From Deltaproteobacteria bacterium (GTDB lineage: Bacteria > Myxococcota_A > UBA796 > GCA-2862545): a DNA stretch of 50,000 nt. The notes under the pieces are model-generated. The model made no database searches. It had not been told where the DNA came from and saw nothing but the letters and a program-made list of their open reading frames with translations. The position numbers were made by a program, and so were the translations under genes. Shown here piece by piece: positions 8,667-17,074 of this stretch. Location of the stretch: contig JAYPAP010000010.1 in NCBI GenBank assembly GCA_038123735.1, positions 1-50,000 of the forward strand, given 5' to 3'. Every line of letters starts with the position of its first letter. The first letter of the stretch is position 1.

Positions 8667-10349
8667 TTAGCTGATAACTTCGGCCTTCATCAGCTCATTG
8701 TAGGCGGCTTCTGCAGCGTGCTCTGGTGCATTGAGCGACGACAGGTCGACGGCATAGCCGACATTTCCGCCGGTGAAGACAGCCACGAGGCCTGCGCTCG
8801 ACATCGCGTCTGCAACTTGATGACTATCCGTTACCGCGGCCAGTACCCCATTATCGAAGAGATGGCGCTCGATAGCCCACGCAGCGCTGGTGCGTTCGGT
8901 CTCAGAACCGCCCACAACGGACACCACTGCGCCGCCGTGACCGAGTCGGAGTCGCCGTTCGGTGGGGCTGACTTGAGTGCCGGTGGTGTCAGCGACCTGC
9001 GCACCCCGGGAGAGGTCGGTGGGGCCCACCAGCATGCCAGCAGCGACAGTGTTGTTCGAGATGGAGTCCACCAGAATGAAGGCGCCGCTGTTCCTGTTTT
9101 CTGCATAGGCGTCAAAACAGACGGTTCCATGCGCTGCAAGGCGGACGAGACCAATCTCGTTCAAGGCCAGCGCCTGCTTGTCATTTTGGGTTTCGAGGGT
9201 GCTCAATTCAATGGACCACGCGACCTCCGACACATTGGTGCGCAGGGTGCGAGTGGTGTGTTTCATCAGATAGGTCTTTTCGGTGTCCAGGTCCGTCTCG
9301 CTCATCCACACCAGCATGGCGTCGACATTGCGTGCCTGCTTCGGGAGCTGATGGCTTGGGACGATGAGGTCGCCTCGTGAGATATCGATCTCGTCTGCCA
9401 AGCGGAGAACGACAGACATCGGAGCGAACGCTTCGTCGATCTCTCCTTCGTAGGTATCGATATGGGTGACCCGCGTTGTTTTTCCGCTGGGAAGGACCGA
9501 AATTTCATCTCCGACCCGGACAATACCGGAGGTGATCTGTCCGGCAAAACCCCGATAATGGAGGTCTGGGCGAATCACATACTGGACCGGGAAGCGGAAT
9601 GCATCAAGGTTGGTATCGTGCTTAATTTCGACAGTCTCAAGGAACTGAAGCACGGTTGGGCCGTCATACCAAGGCATCTTGTCTGCGCTTGGCTCGACAA
9701 TGTTGACGCCGAACAGCGCACTGATGGGGAGGAAGTCCACGGTGCGGAATGAGAGGTCACTGGTGAATTGCTTGAATTCAGCCATGATTTCTTTGAATCG
9801 CGCCTCATCATAATCAACGAGGTCCATCTTATTGACGCACACGAGTAGGTGAGGGATCCCGAGGAGGTGCGCGATGTATCCATGGCGTCTCGACTGCTCC
9901 AGGACGCCAAGCCTTGCGTCGATGAGGATGAGAGCGACGTTGGCAGTCGAAGCCCCGGTGGCCATATTGCGGGTATACTGCACGTGGCCGGGCGTGTCTG
10001 CGATAATAAACTTTCGACGGGGAGTACTAAAGTATCGGTATGCTACGTCGATCGTGATGCCTTGCTCGCGCTCGGCACGCAGTCCGTCGGTGAGGCGGGC
10101 GAAGTCAATCGCGGTCTCGCCACTGGCGGCGGTGGTGGTTGCGTCCTTCAGTTGGTCATCGTAGACGCCCTTGCTGTCATGCAAGAGTCGGCCGATGAGG
10201 GTACTTTTCCCATCGTCGACGCTACCGACCGTCGTAAAGCGCAGCAGTTCTTTCCGGAGGTTCTGCTCCAGGAACGCATCGATGTCGTTTTCGATCAGCT
10301 CGCGCTCACGTTGGCTCGAGCCGTCGCCGGTATCAATCAGGCGGGTCAT
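8667..10349 (-). CDS. cysN: sulfate adenylyltransferase subunit 1 (CysN GTPase) with a short degenerate APS-kinase-like tail
   Basis: G1 is GSVDDGKST, G3 is DTPGH, G4 is NKMD, and EF-Tu-like domains II/III follow. ATG 10349 (MTRLID) has GGGAG upstream and lies 13 nt after the cysD stop. The last ~100 aa align to the APS-kinase position but lack the P-loop. Confidence 0.95.
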   Translation of the reverse strand: MTRLIDTGDGSSQRERELIENDIDAFLEQNLRKELLRFTTVGSVDDGKSTLIGRLLHDSKGVYDDQLKDATTTAASGETAIDFARLTDGLRAEREQGITIDVAYRYFSTPRRKFIIADTPGHVQYTRNMATGASTANVALILIDARLGVLEQSRRHGYIAHLLGIPHLLVCVNKMDLVDYDEARFKEIMAEFKQFTSDLSFRTVDFLPISALFGVNIVEPSADKMPWYDGPTVLQFLETVEIKHDTNLDAFRFPVQYVIRPDLHYRGFAGQITSGIVRVGDEISVLPSGKTTRVTHIDTYEGEIDEAFAPMSVVLRLADEIDISRGDLIVPSHQLPKQARNVDAMLVWMSETDLDTEKTYLMKHTTRTLRTNVSEVAWSIELSTLETQNDKQALALNEIGLVRLAAHGTVCFDAYAENRNSGAFILVDSISNNTVAAGMLVGPTDLSRGAQVADTTGTQVSPTERRLRLGHGGAVVSVVGGSETERTSAAWAIERHLFDNGVLAAVTDSHQVADAMSSAGLVAVFTGGNVGYAVDLSSLNAPEHAAEAAYNELMKAEVIS

Positions 10350-10362
10350 TGGGCGGGCTCCC

Positions 10363-11283
10363 TTAGAAGTAACCTTCTCGCTTCTTTCGTTCCATGGAAC
10401 CATCTTCATCGAAGTCGATGAGGCGATTCTGGCGCTCCGATAGGCGGGTCACCATCATTTCGCGGATGATATCGGGGATTGTTCGGGCAGAAGAGCGGAT
10501 TGCACCAGTCAGAGGGTAGCAGCCCAGGGTTCGGAATCGAACAGTTTCATAGCGGACTTCCTCTCCTTCAGGGATAGGCATCCGCTCATCGTCGACCATG
10601 ATCATGGCGCCTTGGTAGTTGACGACTGGGCGCTCTTCTGCGAAATATAGGGGTACAACCGGAATTTGTTCGATATGGATGTACTGCCAGATGTCCAATT
10701 CGGTCCAGTTTGACATCGGGAATACACGGACGCTCTGTCCTTTTCGGATCTTGCCGTTGTAGATATTCCAGAGTTCCGGACGTTGGTTTTTGGGATCCCA
10801 TTGATGAAATTCATCGCGGAAGGAGAAGATGCGCTCTTTGGCGCGCGATTTTTCCTCTTCCCTCCGGGCACCACCGAAAGCGGCGTCGAACCCATACTTA
10901 GACAATGCTTGCTTCAGGCCTTGGGTCTTCATGACATCCGTATGGACCTGGGACCCTGAAGAGAATGGATCGACGCCGGCATCGACGCCTTCCTGATTTT
11001 TATGCACGATGAGCCGGATGTTGTTTTCTCGAGCAAAGCGTTCGCGAAAAGCGTACATTTGCTGAAACTTCCACCCAGTGTCCACGTGTAGGAACGGGAT
11101 CGGGACCGGACCCGGCGCAAAGGCCTTGATGATGAGCCGGGCCAAGACGGATGAGTCTTTGCCAATCGAGTACAGCACAACGGGGTTATCAAATTCGGCA
11201 GCCGCTTCTCGAATGATGTGAATCGCTTCGGATTCGAGGAGGCGAAGGTGCGAGAGAGTATGCTTGTCAAGCGCTGAAGCCAC
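10363..11283 (-). CDS. cysD: sulfate adenylyltransferase subunit 2 (CysD)
   Basis: [22 protein letters not shown] and [11 protein letters not shown] (PAPS-reductase/ATP-PPase fold) resemble the E. coli CysD N-terminus. GTG start at 11283. Confidence 0.95.
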   Translation of the reverse strand: MASALDKHTLSHLRLLESEAIHIIREAAAEFDNPVVLYSIGKDSSVLARLIIKAFAPGPVPIPFLHVDTGWKFQQMYAFRERFARENNIRLIVHKNQEGVDAGVDPFSSGSQVHTDVMKTQGLKQALSKYGFDAAFGGARREEEKSRAKERIFSFRDEFHQWDPKNQRPELWNIYNGKIRKGQSVRVFPMSNWTELDIWQYIHIEQIPVVPLYFAEERPVVNYQGAMIMVDDERMPIPEGEEVRYETVRFRTLGCYPLTGAIRSSARTIPDIIREMMVTRLSERQNRLIDFDEDGSMERKKREGYF

Positions 11284-11438
11284 GGCGGTCTCCGGGGTCG
11301 TGGTCGGCGCCCGTAACGTCCCTCACGGCAGAGGTCACCCCATGGCGTTCGGACGGGGTGTTTAGGACGTTTCTCCGTCGCAACGGCGTGACGACTCATG
11401 AGTTCCGAACCGAATCATCGCGAGGTCAGGGTTTCCTG

Positions 11439-12239
11439 TCAAGATGTCAAAATTCGAATGAGGCCTTCCGGATCGTCCACGTGAAGCCAGTGTCCAGCGT
11501 CCTCGAGGACGTGTAATGAGCATTGCTCGGAAGCCTCGGTCTCAAAGCGGCGGATCACTTCGGGTGGCCATCGGTCGCTGCGGCCGGCGCGAACGATGTG
11601 GATGGGACAAGGAGGGGTGGCCAGCAAAGGCCAATAATCGCGGGTCCAATAGTCGGAGATCATCTCTCGAATAGCCGGTAGGGGGAATACCCACCGAAAA
11701 CCATCTTCGGACCTGGCCAAGTTGGTCGTTAGCCATTGGGCTAATCCCTGGGAAAACCCCCACTGTCCGAGGATGGGGATCAGGTCTTGACGGGCCTGAA
11801 GTGGCTGCGGTACATCCGCGAGGGCATCGAGCACCGCCATGACTTCATTCTCAGCACTCGGCGGCTCGGCTCCCGGTCGACTGTCGAGAACCCATGCTGC
11901 GCGGAGTCCGGATGGCTTGAGAGCCGCGTAGGCCAGGGCCACCTTTCCTCCGAACGAATGGCCGATGACAATCGAGGGCTCGCCGGTCTGGCTAGCCAAA
12001 TTCACCAAGTCATTCGCAGCATTCGCCAATGAATGGGGTCCAGAAAAGCCCTGGCTTTTCCCGTGATTCCGGAGGTCAACGAGCACGATCTTCCAACCGG
12101 GCTGATGATCGGTGAGCGCCCGAGCGACCGTCCGCCAATTTCGTCCACTTCCCAGAATTCCATGGAGGATGAACACAACATCAGTGGTCTGAGTATCCGT
12201 GCGCTCAACGATGGAATGCGAGAGGAGCTGCTGCATCAT
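11439..12239 (-). CDS. alpha/beta hydrolase
   Basis: HG oxyanion motif FILHGILGSG, nucleophile elbow GHSFGG, and a C-terminal DAGHW. ATGA overlap with the upstream gene. Confidence 0.85.
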   Translation of the reverse strand: MMQQLLSHSIVERTDTQTTDVVFILHGILGSGRNWRTVARALTDHQPGWKIVLVDLRNHGKSQGFSGPHSLANAANDLVNLASQTGEPSIVIGHSFGGKVALAYAALKPSGLRAAWVLDSRPGAEPPSAENEVMAVLDALADVPQPLQARQDLIPILGQWGFSQGLAQWLTTNLARSEDGFRWVFPLPAIREMISDYWTRDYWPLLATPPCPIHIVRAGRSDRWPPEVIRRFETEASEQCSLHVLEDAGHWLHVDDPEGLIRILTS

Positions 12240-12523
12240 TCGGTGTTCTCCTCATAGTTGAGCGAGAGCGAGGACTCGAATGCGGCCCACGCAGGATCAA
12301 CCAGCGCATCGGGCACATCCTGGAGCTGGCGCTCACCGCGGTCGTCGACTGCGACCACGCGAAGCCAAGCGTCCATATCTGGCTTCGGCTCGTCGAATGC
12401 GAGTTCATCGACGAGCATGACCACTTCCGTACCGTCGAAGTCCTGATGGGCAATGGCGACGACGGTAATGCTCTCACCCTCGTCTATCAGGGTGAATCGT
12501 TCGAAATGCGGAGACGCAGGCAT
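12236..12523 (-). CDS. small acidic protein, DUF1292-like
   Basis: The pattern FTLIDEGES...VVMLVDEL...LRVVAVDD...LQDVPD resembles DUF1292/UPF0473. ATG 12523 has a strong GAGGAG RBS, so the track start at 12595 would run into the upstream gene. Confidence 0.6.
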   Translation of the reverse strand: MPASPHFERFTLIDEGESITVVAIAHQDFDGTEVVMLVDELAFDEPKPDMDAWLRVVAVDDRGERQLQDVPDALVDPAWAAFESSLSLNYEENTE

Positions 12524-12567
12524 GATTACTCCTCGGCGTGCAGAAGACGTGGTGCTGGTGCCTAGCG

Positions 12568-13461
12568 TCAGGTACTCGTTCCCACCAGTCCCCACCGCTT
12601 GATCTTTCGGTAGAGGGTGCTTCGCGGGATACCAAGTCGCTTTCCTGCTTCTGTGACGTTGCCTCCAACCTCGGCAAGAACTTGGGCCACCTTTTGCCGC
12701 TCCAGTTCGGCGATGGTCAACCCACTCGCATTCGGCGTGGGGGAGGTGCTGGGGGAATTCATTGTACTGGCCTGCGAAATCACCGGGCCTGTCATCTGTA
12801 AGGATTCAACGGTGATCGGCGTTCGCCCCGCACGAAAGCAAGCGCGCTCGAGCGCATGGACCAGCTCGCGGATGTTGCCCGGCCAATCGTGTTGCCGGAG
12901 AGTGAGCGCGGCATCGGTCGTCATCTGCCACGGCCTATCGTCAGCATCTGGAGGCATGCGACCGAGATGGAACTCGGCGATGAGTTCGATGTCGGCGCCT
13001 CGCAGCCGAAGAGGAGGTATTTCGATGGTTGAAAGCGAGAGCCTCAGCGCAAGCTCTTGATGGATAGCTCCGCTCTGCTCCGGTTCCCGAGTGAGCAGGA
13101 TCAGCCTAGCTCCTCGATCTTCGGAAACAAGGGTCAGTAGGCGCTGTTGAGCATTCATTGACCAGACTTCCAAGTCGGGAATTACGACGGTTCGAGCTTC
13201 GGCAGCTTGCTCCCACAGGCTGGAGAGCGAATGGGCATAGGCGATGGCGCCTGGATTGAGGCTCAATTGATGAATCGCCCGCGCAACAGCATTTTTTCCG
13301 CTACCCTCCGGCCCGCGAACGAGGATGTCTTGTTCTCCGCGAGCGAGTCGAGCGACGTCACGCAGGAGCGCCCTCCCCATCGGAGATGACCCCACGAGTC
13401 CCGCGAGGTGTCCATCGTTGAGCAACTGGTACTCAGGAAATCGCCAGTCTCCGTAAGCCAA
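12568..13461 (-). CDS. degenerate sigma-54-interaction (AAA+) domain regulator with C-terminal Fis-type HTH; no sensor domain
   Basis: LVGSSPMGRAL..ILVRGPEGSGKNAVARAIH is Walker A-like. PPLRLRGADIELIAEFHL, WPGNIRELVHALERA and the C-terminal GNVTEAGKRLGIPRSTLYRKIKRWGL are also present. The segment that normally holds ESELFGH..GAFTGA is missing. The start is uncertain: TTG at 13461, or a downstream TTG/GTG. Confidence 0.8.
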   Translation of the reverse strand: MAYGDWRFPEYQLLNDGHLAGLVGSSPMGRALLRDVARLARGEQDILVRGPEGSGKNAVARAIHQLSLNPGAIAYAHSLSSLWEQAAEARTVVIPDLEVWSMNAQQRLLTLVSEDRGARLILLTREPEQSGAIHQELALRLSLSTIEIPPLRLRGADIELIAEFHLGRMPPDADDRPWQMTTDAALTLRQHDWPGNIRELVHALERACFRAGRTPITVESLQMTGPVISQASTMNSPSTSPTPNASGLTIAELERQKVAQVLAEVGGNVTEAGKRLGIPRSTLYRKIKRWGLVGTST

Positions 13462-13514
13462 TGTATCTCCGGGCTATCGAGCGGTGAAGTCTTGGTGGGT
13501 AGCCCGCAGGCGGG

Positions 13515-15137
13515 GTGGGTTGTCGACCCGCGAACTCGGTTGGTACATCATGCGACACAGGGGGAACGTTGTCCATCCATCGGTACGAACAACTGCCTTA
13601 TCCTGGGCGCCCGTATGCGGCGGCGACTCCAGAGCGGCTCGAAGTTATTGGTAAGCTCTTCGGACTGGATGTAGCTCCGGCGAGTCAAGCACGGGTGCTT
13701 GAGCTTGGGTGTGGCTCGGGGGGGCACCTCATTCCGTGTGCAGCCCGCAATCCATCGTCGCGATTTGTCGGTATTGACGGTGCCAAGTCGCATATTGAGG
13801 CCGCGCGTCAGATGGTCGAGGAGCTGGGGCTCCAGAATGTCGAGTTCATCCATCGCGATCTGTTAAAGATCAACCGCGATATTGGCTGTTTTGACTATGT
13901 TATCGCGCATGGGCTCTGGAGTTGGACGTCCGAATCGGTACGTTCGCACATCTTGAGTTTGTCCAAGAGTATATTGAATAAAACTGGTTTATTCTATGTT
14001 TCATATAATGCGTTTCCCGGCTGGCATGCGCGCCAGGCAGTGGCTGCCGCGCTGCGATTTCACGTCGACGAGACCGATGGTGTGGCTGAGCAGATCGAAC
14101 AGGCTCGTCGCATGCTCGCCTTCCTGGAGCAAACGAGTGCGGAGCAGTCCGACCTGTGGGCGGAAACGGTACGGTCTGAGTGCCGGGTAGCTGAGGCGTA
14201 TGGATGGGAGTTTTTATTCCACGACCTGCTCAACCCGGATACGCAGCCATTCTATTTCGAGGCGATTGCCCAGTCATTTGGCGCGGCTGGTCTCGTGTAC
14301 CTAGCGGAAGCAAACCTCTCTTCCATGCTCCCGGAAAACGTTGCGCCTCGTGCGGTCATGGGGCTGGAACGGCTGGATGCCGATTGGGTATCGCATCAGC
14401 AATATCTAGACTTTGTGGTGAACCGTTCTTATCGGGCGTCGCTCTTCCATCCTCCGGAGGGGCATTCCTCTGACCACATCGAGTCGACGGCCGTCCGCAG
14501 AATGGGCATGGCGACTACGTTGAGGCGGGTCGGTCCTCCGGAGACAGGCGAGTTGGTTGGCGAGGTCGTTCACTATCGCGCTGATGGTGGCCCTTCGATA
14601 TCATCGGACTCCCAATTGTTTTGCTTGTTGCTCGATATTCTTGGTGACTTCTCACCATCCTTTGTTTCTTGGACGACCGTGGCGCGAGAGGCGGGAGAGC
14701 GGGGGGCGACCTGGACTGCGGATGAGCTGGCAGCGGCTCTGTCAGAGGATGTGTGTATGGCCTATACGCGAGGTCTGATTGACTTATGGCCAGCTGCGAG
14801 TGGTGAGGTCGATCTGCGAGCGCATCATCCTTGTGCTGAGCCATTACCGGCTCTCCAGGCTCGCCATCGTGGTGCCTTCGTATCGACTCGCCTCCATCAG
14901 GCCTACGAGGTCGATGAGTTGGACCGTCAGATTCTGCTCGCGTGTGATGGGCGCACGGAGACGGAGGCGGTGATCGCGCGGGTGGTGCGCGGCGTGTTGG
15001 ATGGAGACGTTCAGGTAGAGGCAGTCGACTTATCAAACTCAGAGGGTCATTCTCCCGAGGCATTGATCCAAGAGGTTGCCGGTCGACTCACTGCGCTGGG
15101 TAGAGTGGGAGCGCTACTCCCCACGGAAGCCAGATGA
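13515..15137 (+). CDS. class I SAM-dependent methyltransferase with a C-terminal methyltransferase-regulatory-like domain (PKMT-like architecture)
   Basis: YEQLPYPGRPYAAATPERL...VLELGCGSGGHLIP (motif I) is followed by a ~350 aa extension, as in ~540 aa MTase plus regulatory-domain proteins. The start is ambiguous (GTG 13515, or TTG 13569 preceded by GGGGGA). Confidence 0.85.
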   Translation: MGCRPANSVGTSCDTGGTLSIHRYEQLPYPGRPYAAATPERLEVIGKLFGLDVAPASQARVLELGCGSGGHLIPCAARNPSSRFVGIDGAKSHIEAARQMVEELGLQNVEFIHRDLLKINRDIGCFDYVIAHGLWSWTSESVRSHILSLSKSILNKTGLFYVSYNAFPGWHARQAVAAALRFHVDETDGVAEQIEQARRMLAFLEQTSAEQSDLWAETVRSECRVAEAYGWEFLFHDLLNPDTQPFYFEAIAQSFGAAGLVYLAEANLSSMLPENVAPRAVMGLERLDADWVSHQQYLDFVVNRSYRASLFHPPEGHSSDHIESTAVRRMGMATTLRRVGPPETGELVGEVVHYRADGGPSISSDSQLFCLLLDILGDFSPSFVSWTTVAREAGERGATWTADELAAALSEDVCMAYTRGLIDLWPAASGEVDLRAHHPCAEPLPALQARHRGAFVSTRLHQAYEVDELDRQILLACDGRTETEAVIARVVRGVLDGDVQVEAVDLSNSEGHSPEALIQEVAGRLTALGRVGALLPTEAR

Positions 15138-16714
15138 CGAACCGATGGCCCGAAAAATCCAACCTCGACACGATTGGTGTCGGGCCGTTTCAGTTTGCGA
15201 ACCAGGTTCCGCAAGAGGTCATGGAGCAATTCGGAATTTACGCCCCATCCACTCCGTTTGGTCAGCATCTACGCGTGGAGCGGGTTGTTCGCTTCCTACC
15301 TGGAAGACGCCTGTATCTCGCGTCGAACGTTGATCCGCTGTGGAGGCATCGAAAGTGCTGGAACTGCGGCAATAAGTACAACCCCAACCTCGCTCAGTCC
15401 TGCAGCTATTGCAACGTCCCACTGCGAGAACAACGGTTTTTAGCCAGTGTTCGCGAGCCCGTTTCGGACCCTCGGGCCTGGACACGATGGATGAATCTTC
15501 GGCTTCAGCATGGGTCTTGGATTTCTCCTTCGGCAGCCTTTTTACGAGATGGGCGACCGGTCACGATCTACCCTTATAATGGGGAGTGTCTCCTGGTTGA
15601 CTCGCCCGCCCCGCTCCAGCCAGGTTCGCTCTTGCTCATGATGCAACGCTTGGCGCAGGGGCTGCAGATGCTCCACGATTCGGGGGTCTGGCTCGGGGAT
15701 TTCGACGCCTCTAACGTGTTGGTGATGCCGGATGGCTCTGCCCGCTTCTCGGACCTACCCGTGAGAGGGGTTCTTCAACCTGATGCATTGAGCAAGTTGC
15801 CGGAGCGCCCGCTACTCCGAGATGTTCGCCGATTATGTGAGGTGATCAGTCGGTTTGCAGATCCAGATGATGAGCCGCTGATGAGTTTTCTCAAGCAGGG
15901 GATTGATGGTAAGCACGGTCCCCCGAGGAATATTGTCCGGGTGCTGCAGCAACGCGCTAACGATCTCGCCGTGGACTACGAAGTCATGTCTCATGCCGGG
16001 TTCACCGACTTGGGGCTGATTCGCTCGAGAAATGAGGATAGTTGGGGCTGGAGACGCATCAACGACGACGTGATGGCGTACGTCGTATCCGATGGCATGG
16101 GTGGCTTAGACCGTGGAGACGTGGCCAGTCGTGTCACCGTCCAAACGATGCTCGATACGATGGAACGGGGGGTTCTGTCCGGACGCAACCGGTCGGAATC
16201 CCTTCGGAATCTGATGAAAACGGCTGTTGAGGCAGCAAATACAGAAGTTTTGCGCCATTCTTCAGATGAGGAACAGGCGGGCGCCACTGTGGTGGGGCTC
16301 CTGATCAATGAGGCCAACCAGGCATACCTGGTGCATGTGGGCGACTCTCGCGCATATCTGTTCCGCGACGGAGCGCTTCATGCGCTGACGAAGGACCACA
16401 GCATGGTGCAGGCGATGGTCGAGCGCGGAAAAATGACCCGTGAAGAGGCGCGAGTACACCCACAGTCCAACGTGATTCTGAGCTTTGTTGGTCAAGGGCA
16501 AGACATCGACATTGAGGTGCAGGAGGTCGGCCTGAAGAAGGGCGACCGGTTGCTCTTGTGCTCAGACGGGCTGTGGGGAGAAATGCCCGATGCGGAGATC
16601 GCCTATCACCTCAGTCAGCCCGATTCCCCCGGCGTCATCATACAGCGTTTGGTGAAGGGGGCGTACATGGCAGGTGGAAAAGATAATATAGCGGTGATCG
16701 TCGTCGACCTATAG
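15134..16714 (+). CDS. fusion protein: zinc ribbon plus degenerate protein-kinase-like domain plus PP2C Ser/Thr phosphatase
   Basis: The zinc ribbon is CWNCGN..CSYCNVPL. The kinase-like core is LHDSGVWLGDFDASNVLVMPDGSARFSDL, where HRD becomes LGD and DFG becomes SDL. PP2C motifs are RSRNEDS, SDGMGG, VGDSRAY, CSDGLW and GGKDNIAVIVVDL. ATGA overlap with the methyltransferase gene. Confidence 0.9.
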   Translation: MTNRWPEKSNLDTIGVGPFQFANQVPQEVMEQFGIYAPSTPFGQHLRVERVVRFLPGRRLYLASNVDPLWRHRKCWNCGNKYNPNLAQSCSYCNVPLREQRFLASVREPVSDPRAWTRWMNLRLQHGSWISPSAAFLRDGRPVTIYPYNGECLLVDSPAPLQPGSLLLMMQRLAQGLQMLHDSGVWLGDFDASNVLVMPDGSARFSDLPVRGVLQPDALSKLPERPLLRDVRRLCEVISRFADPDDEPLMSFLKQGIDGKHGPPRNIVRVLQQRANDLAVDYEVMSHAGFTDLGLIRSRNEDSWGWRRINDDVMAYVVSDGMGGLDRGDVASRVTVQTMLDTMERGVLSGRNRSESLRNLMKTAVEAANTEVLRHSSDEEQAGATVVGLLINEANQAYLVHVGDSRAYLFRDGALHALTKDHSMVQAMVERGKMTREEARVHPQSNVILSFVGQGQDIDIEVQEVGLKKGDRLLLCSDGLWGEMPDAEIAYHLSQPDSPGVIIQRLVKGAYMAGGKDNIAVIVVDL

Positions 16715-16759
16715 AACGTGCACTGCACCCTAGTTGCTTGCAGATCCATCTCTGAGGTC

Positions 16760-17074
16760 ATGATGTCTTGGTTCTCTGGTTCGAAGGAAGCGCAGTTCGG
16801 ACTTAGCGCTGCGCCGTCCCCCGAAGAAGCGCGTCGCCTCGAGCTATATCACTCAGAGTACTGCGGGTATTGTCACCGGGTGGAGCGTGCGATTTCGAAG
16901 CTCCCGGATCTCAAAATTGAGCGTCTGGATGTCAATCAAGGGCATCGTAAGGCGCTCTTCGAGCTCACCGGGCGCACCCAAGTTCCGTGTCTTGTGATCG
17001 ATGGTCAGCCGCTCTTAGAGAGTCGCGACATTATTCAGTGGCTGACTCGGTACGCTGAGCGATTTCAGGCGTGA
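16760..17074 (+). CDS. glutaredoxin-family protein
   Basis: YHSEYCGYCHRVERAI carries the CxxC, with ...TQVPCLVIDGQPLLESRDIIQWL (cis-Pro VP and a G-rich turn). ATG 16760 is preferred, but GTG 16718, 4 nt after the PP2C stop, is also possible. Confidence 0.8.
   Translation: MMSWFSGSKEAQFGLSAAPSPEEARRLELYHSEYCGYCHRVERAISKLPDLKIERLDVNQGHRKALFELTGRTQVPCLVIDGQPLLESRDIIQWLTRYAERFQA

Noticed and set aside
10929-11399. 156-aa minus-strand ORF overlapping the 5' end of cysD
   Set aside because: It is an alternate frame of a confidently identified gene. Its sequence is Arg/Pro-rich with no motifs.
13462-13570. Sigma-54 promoter upstream of the methyltransferase cassette (TTGGTACATCATGCG)
   Set aside because: The GG and GC elements are spaced N8 instead of the required N10, so this is not a credible -24/-12 promoter.
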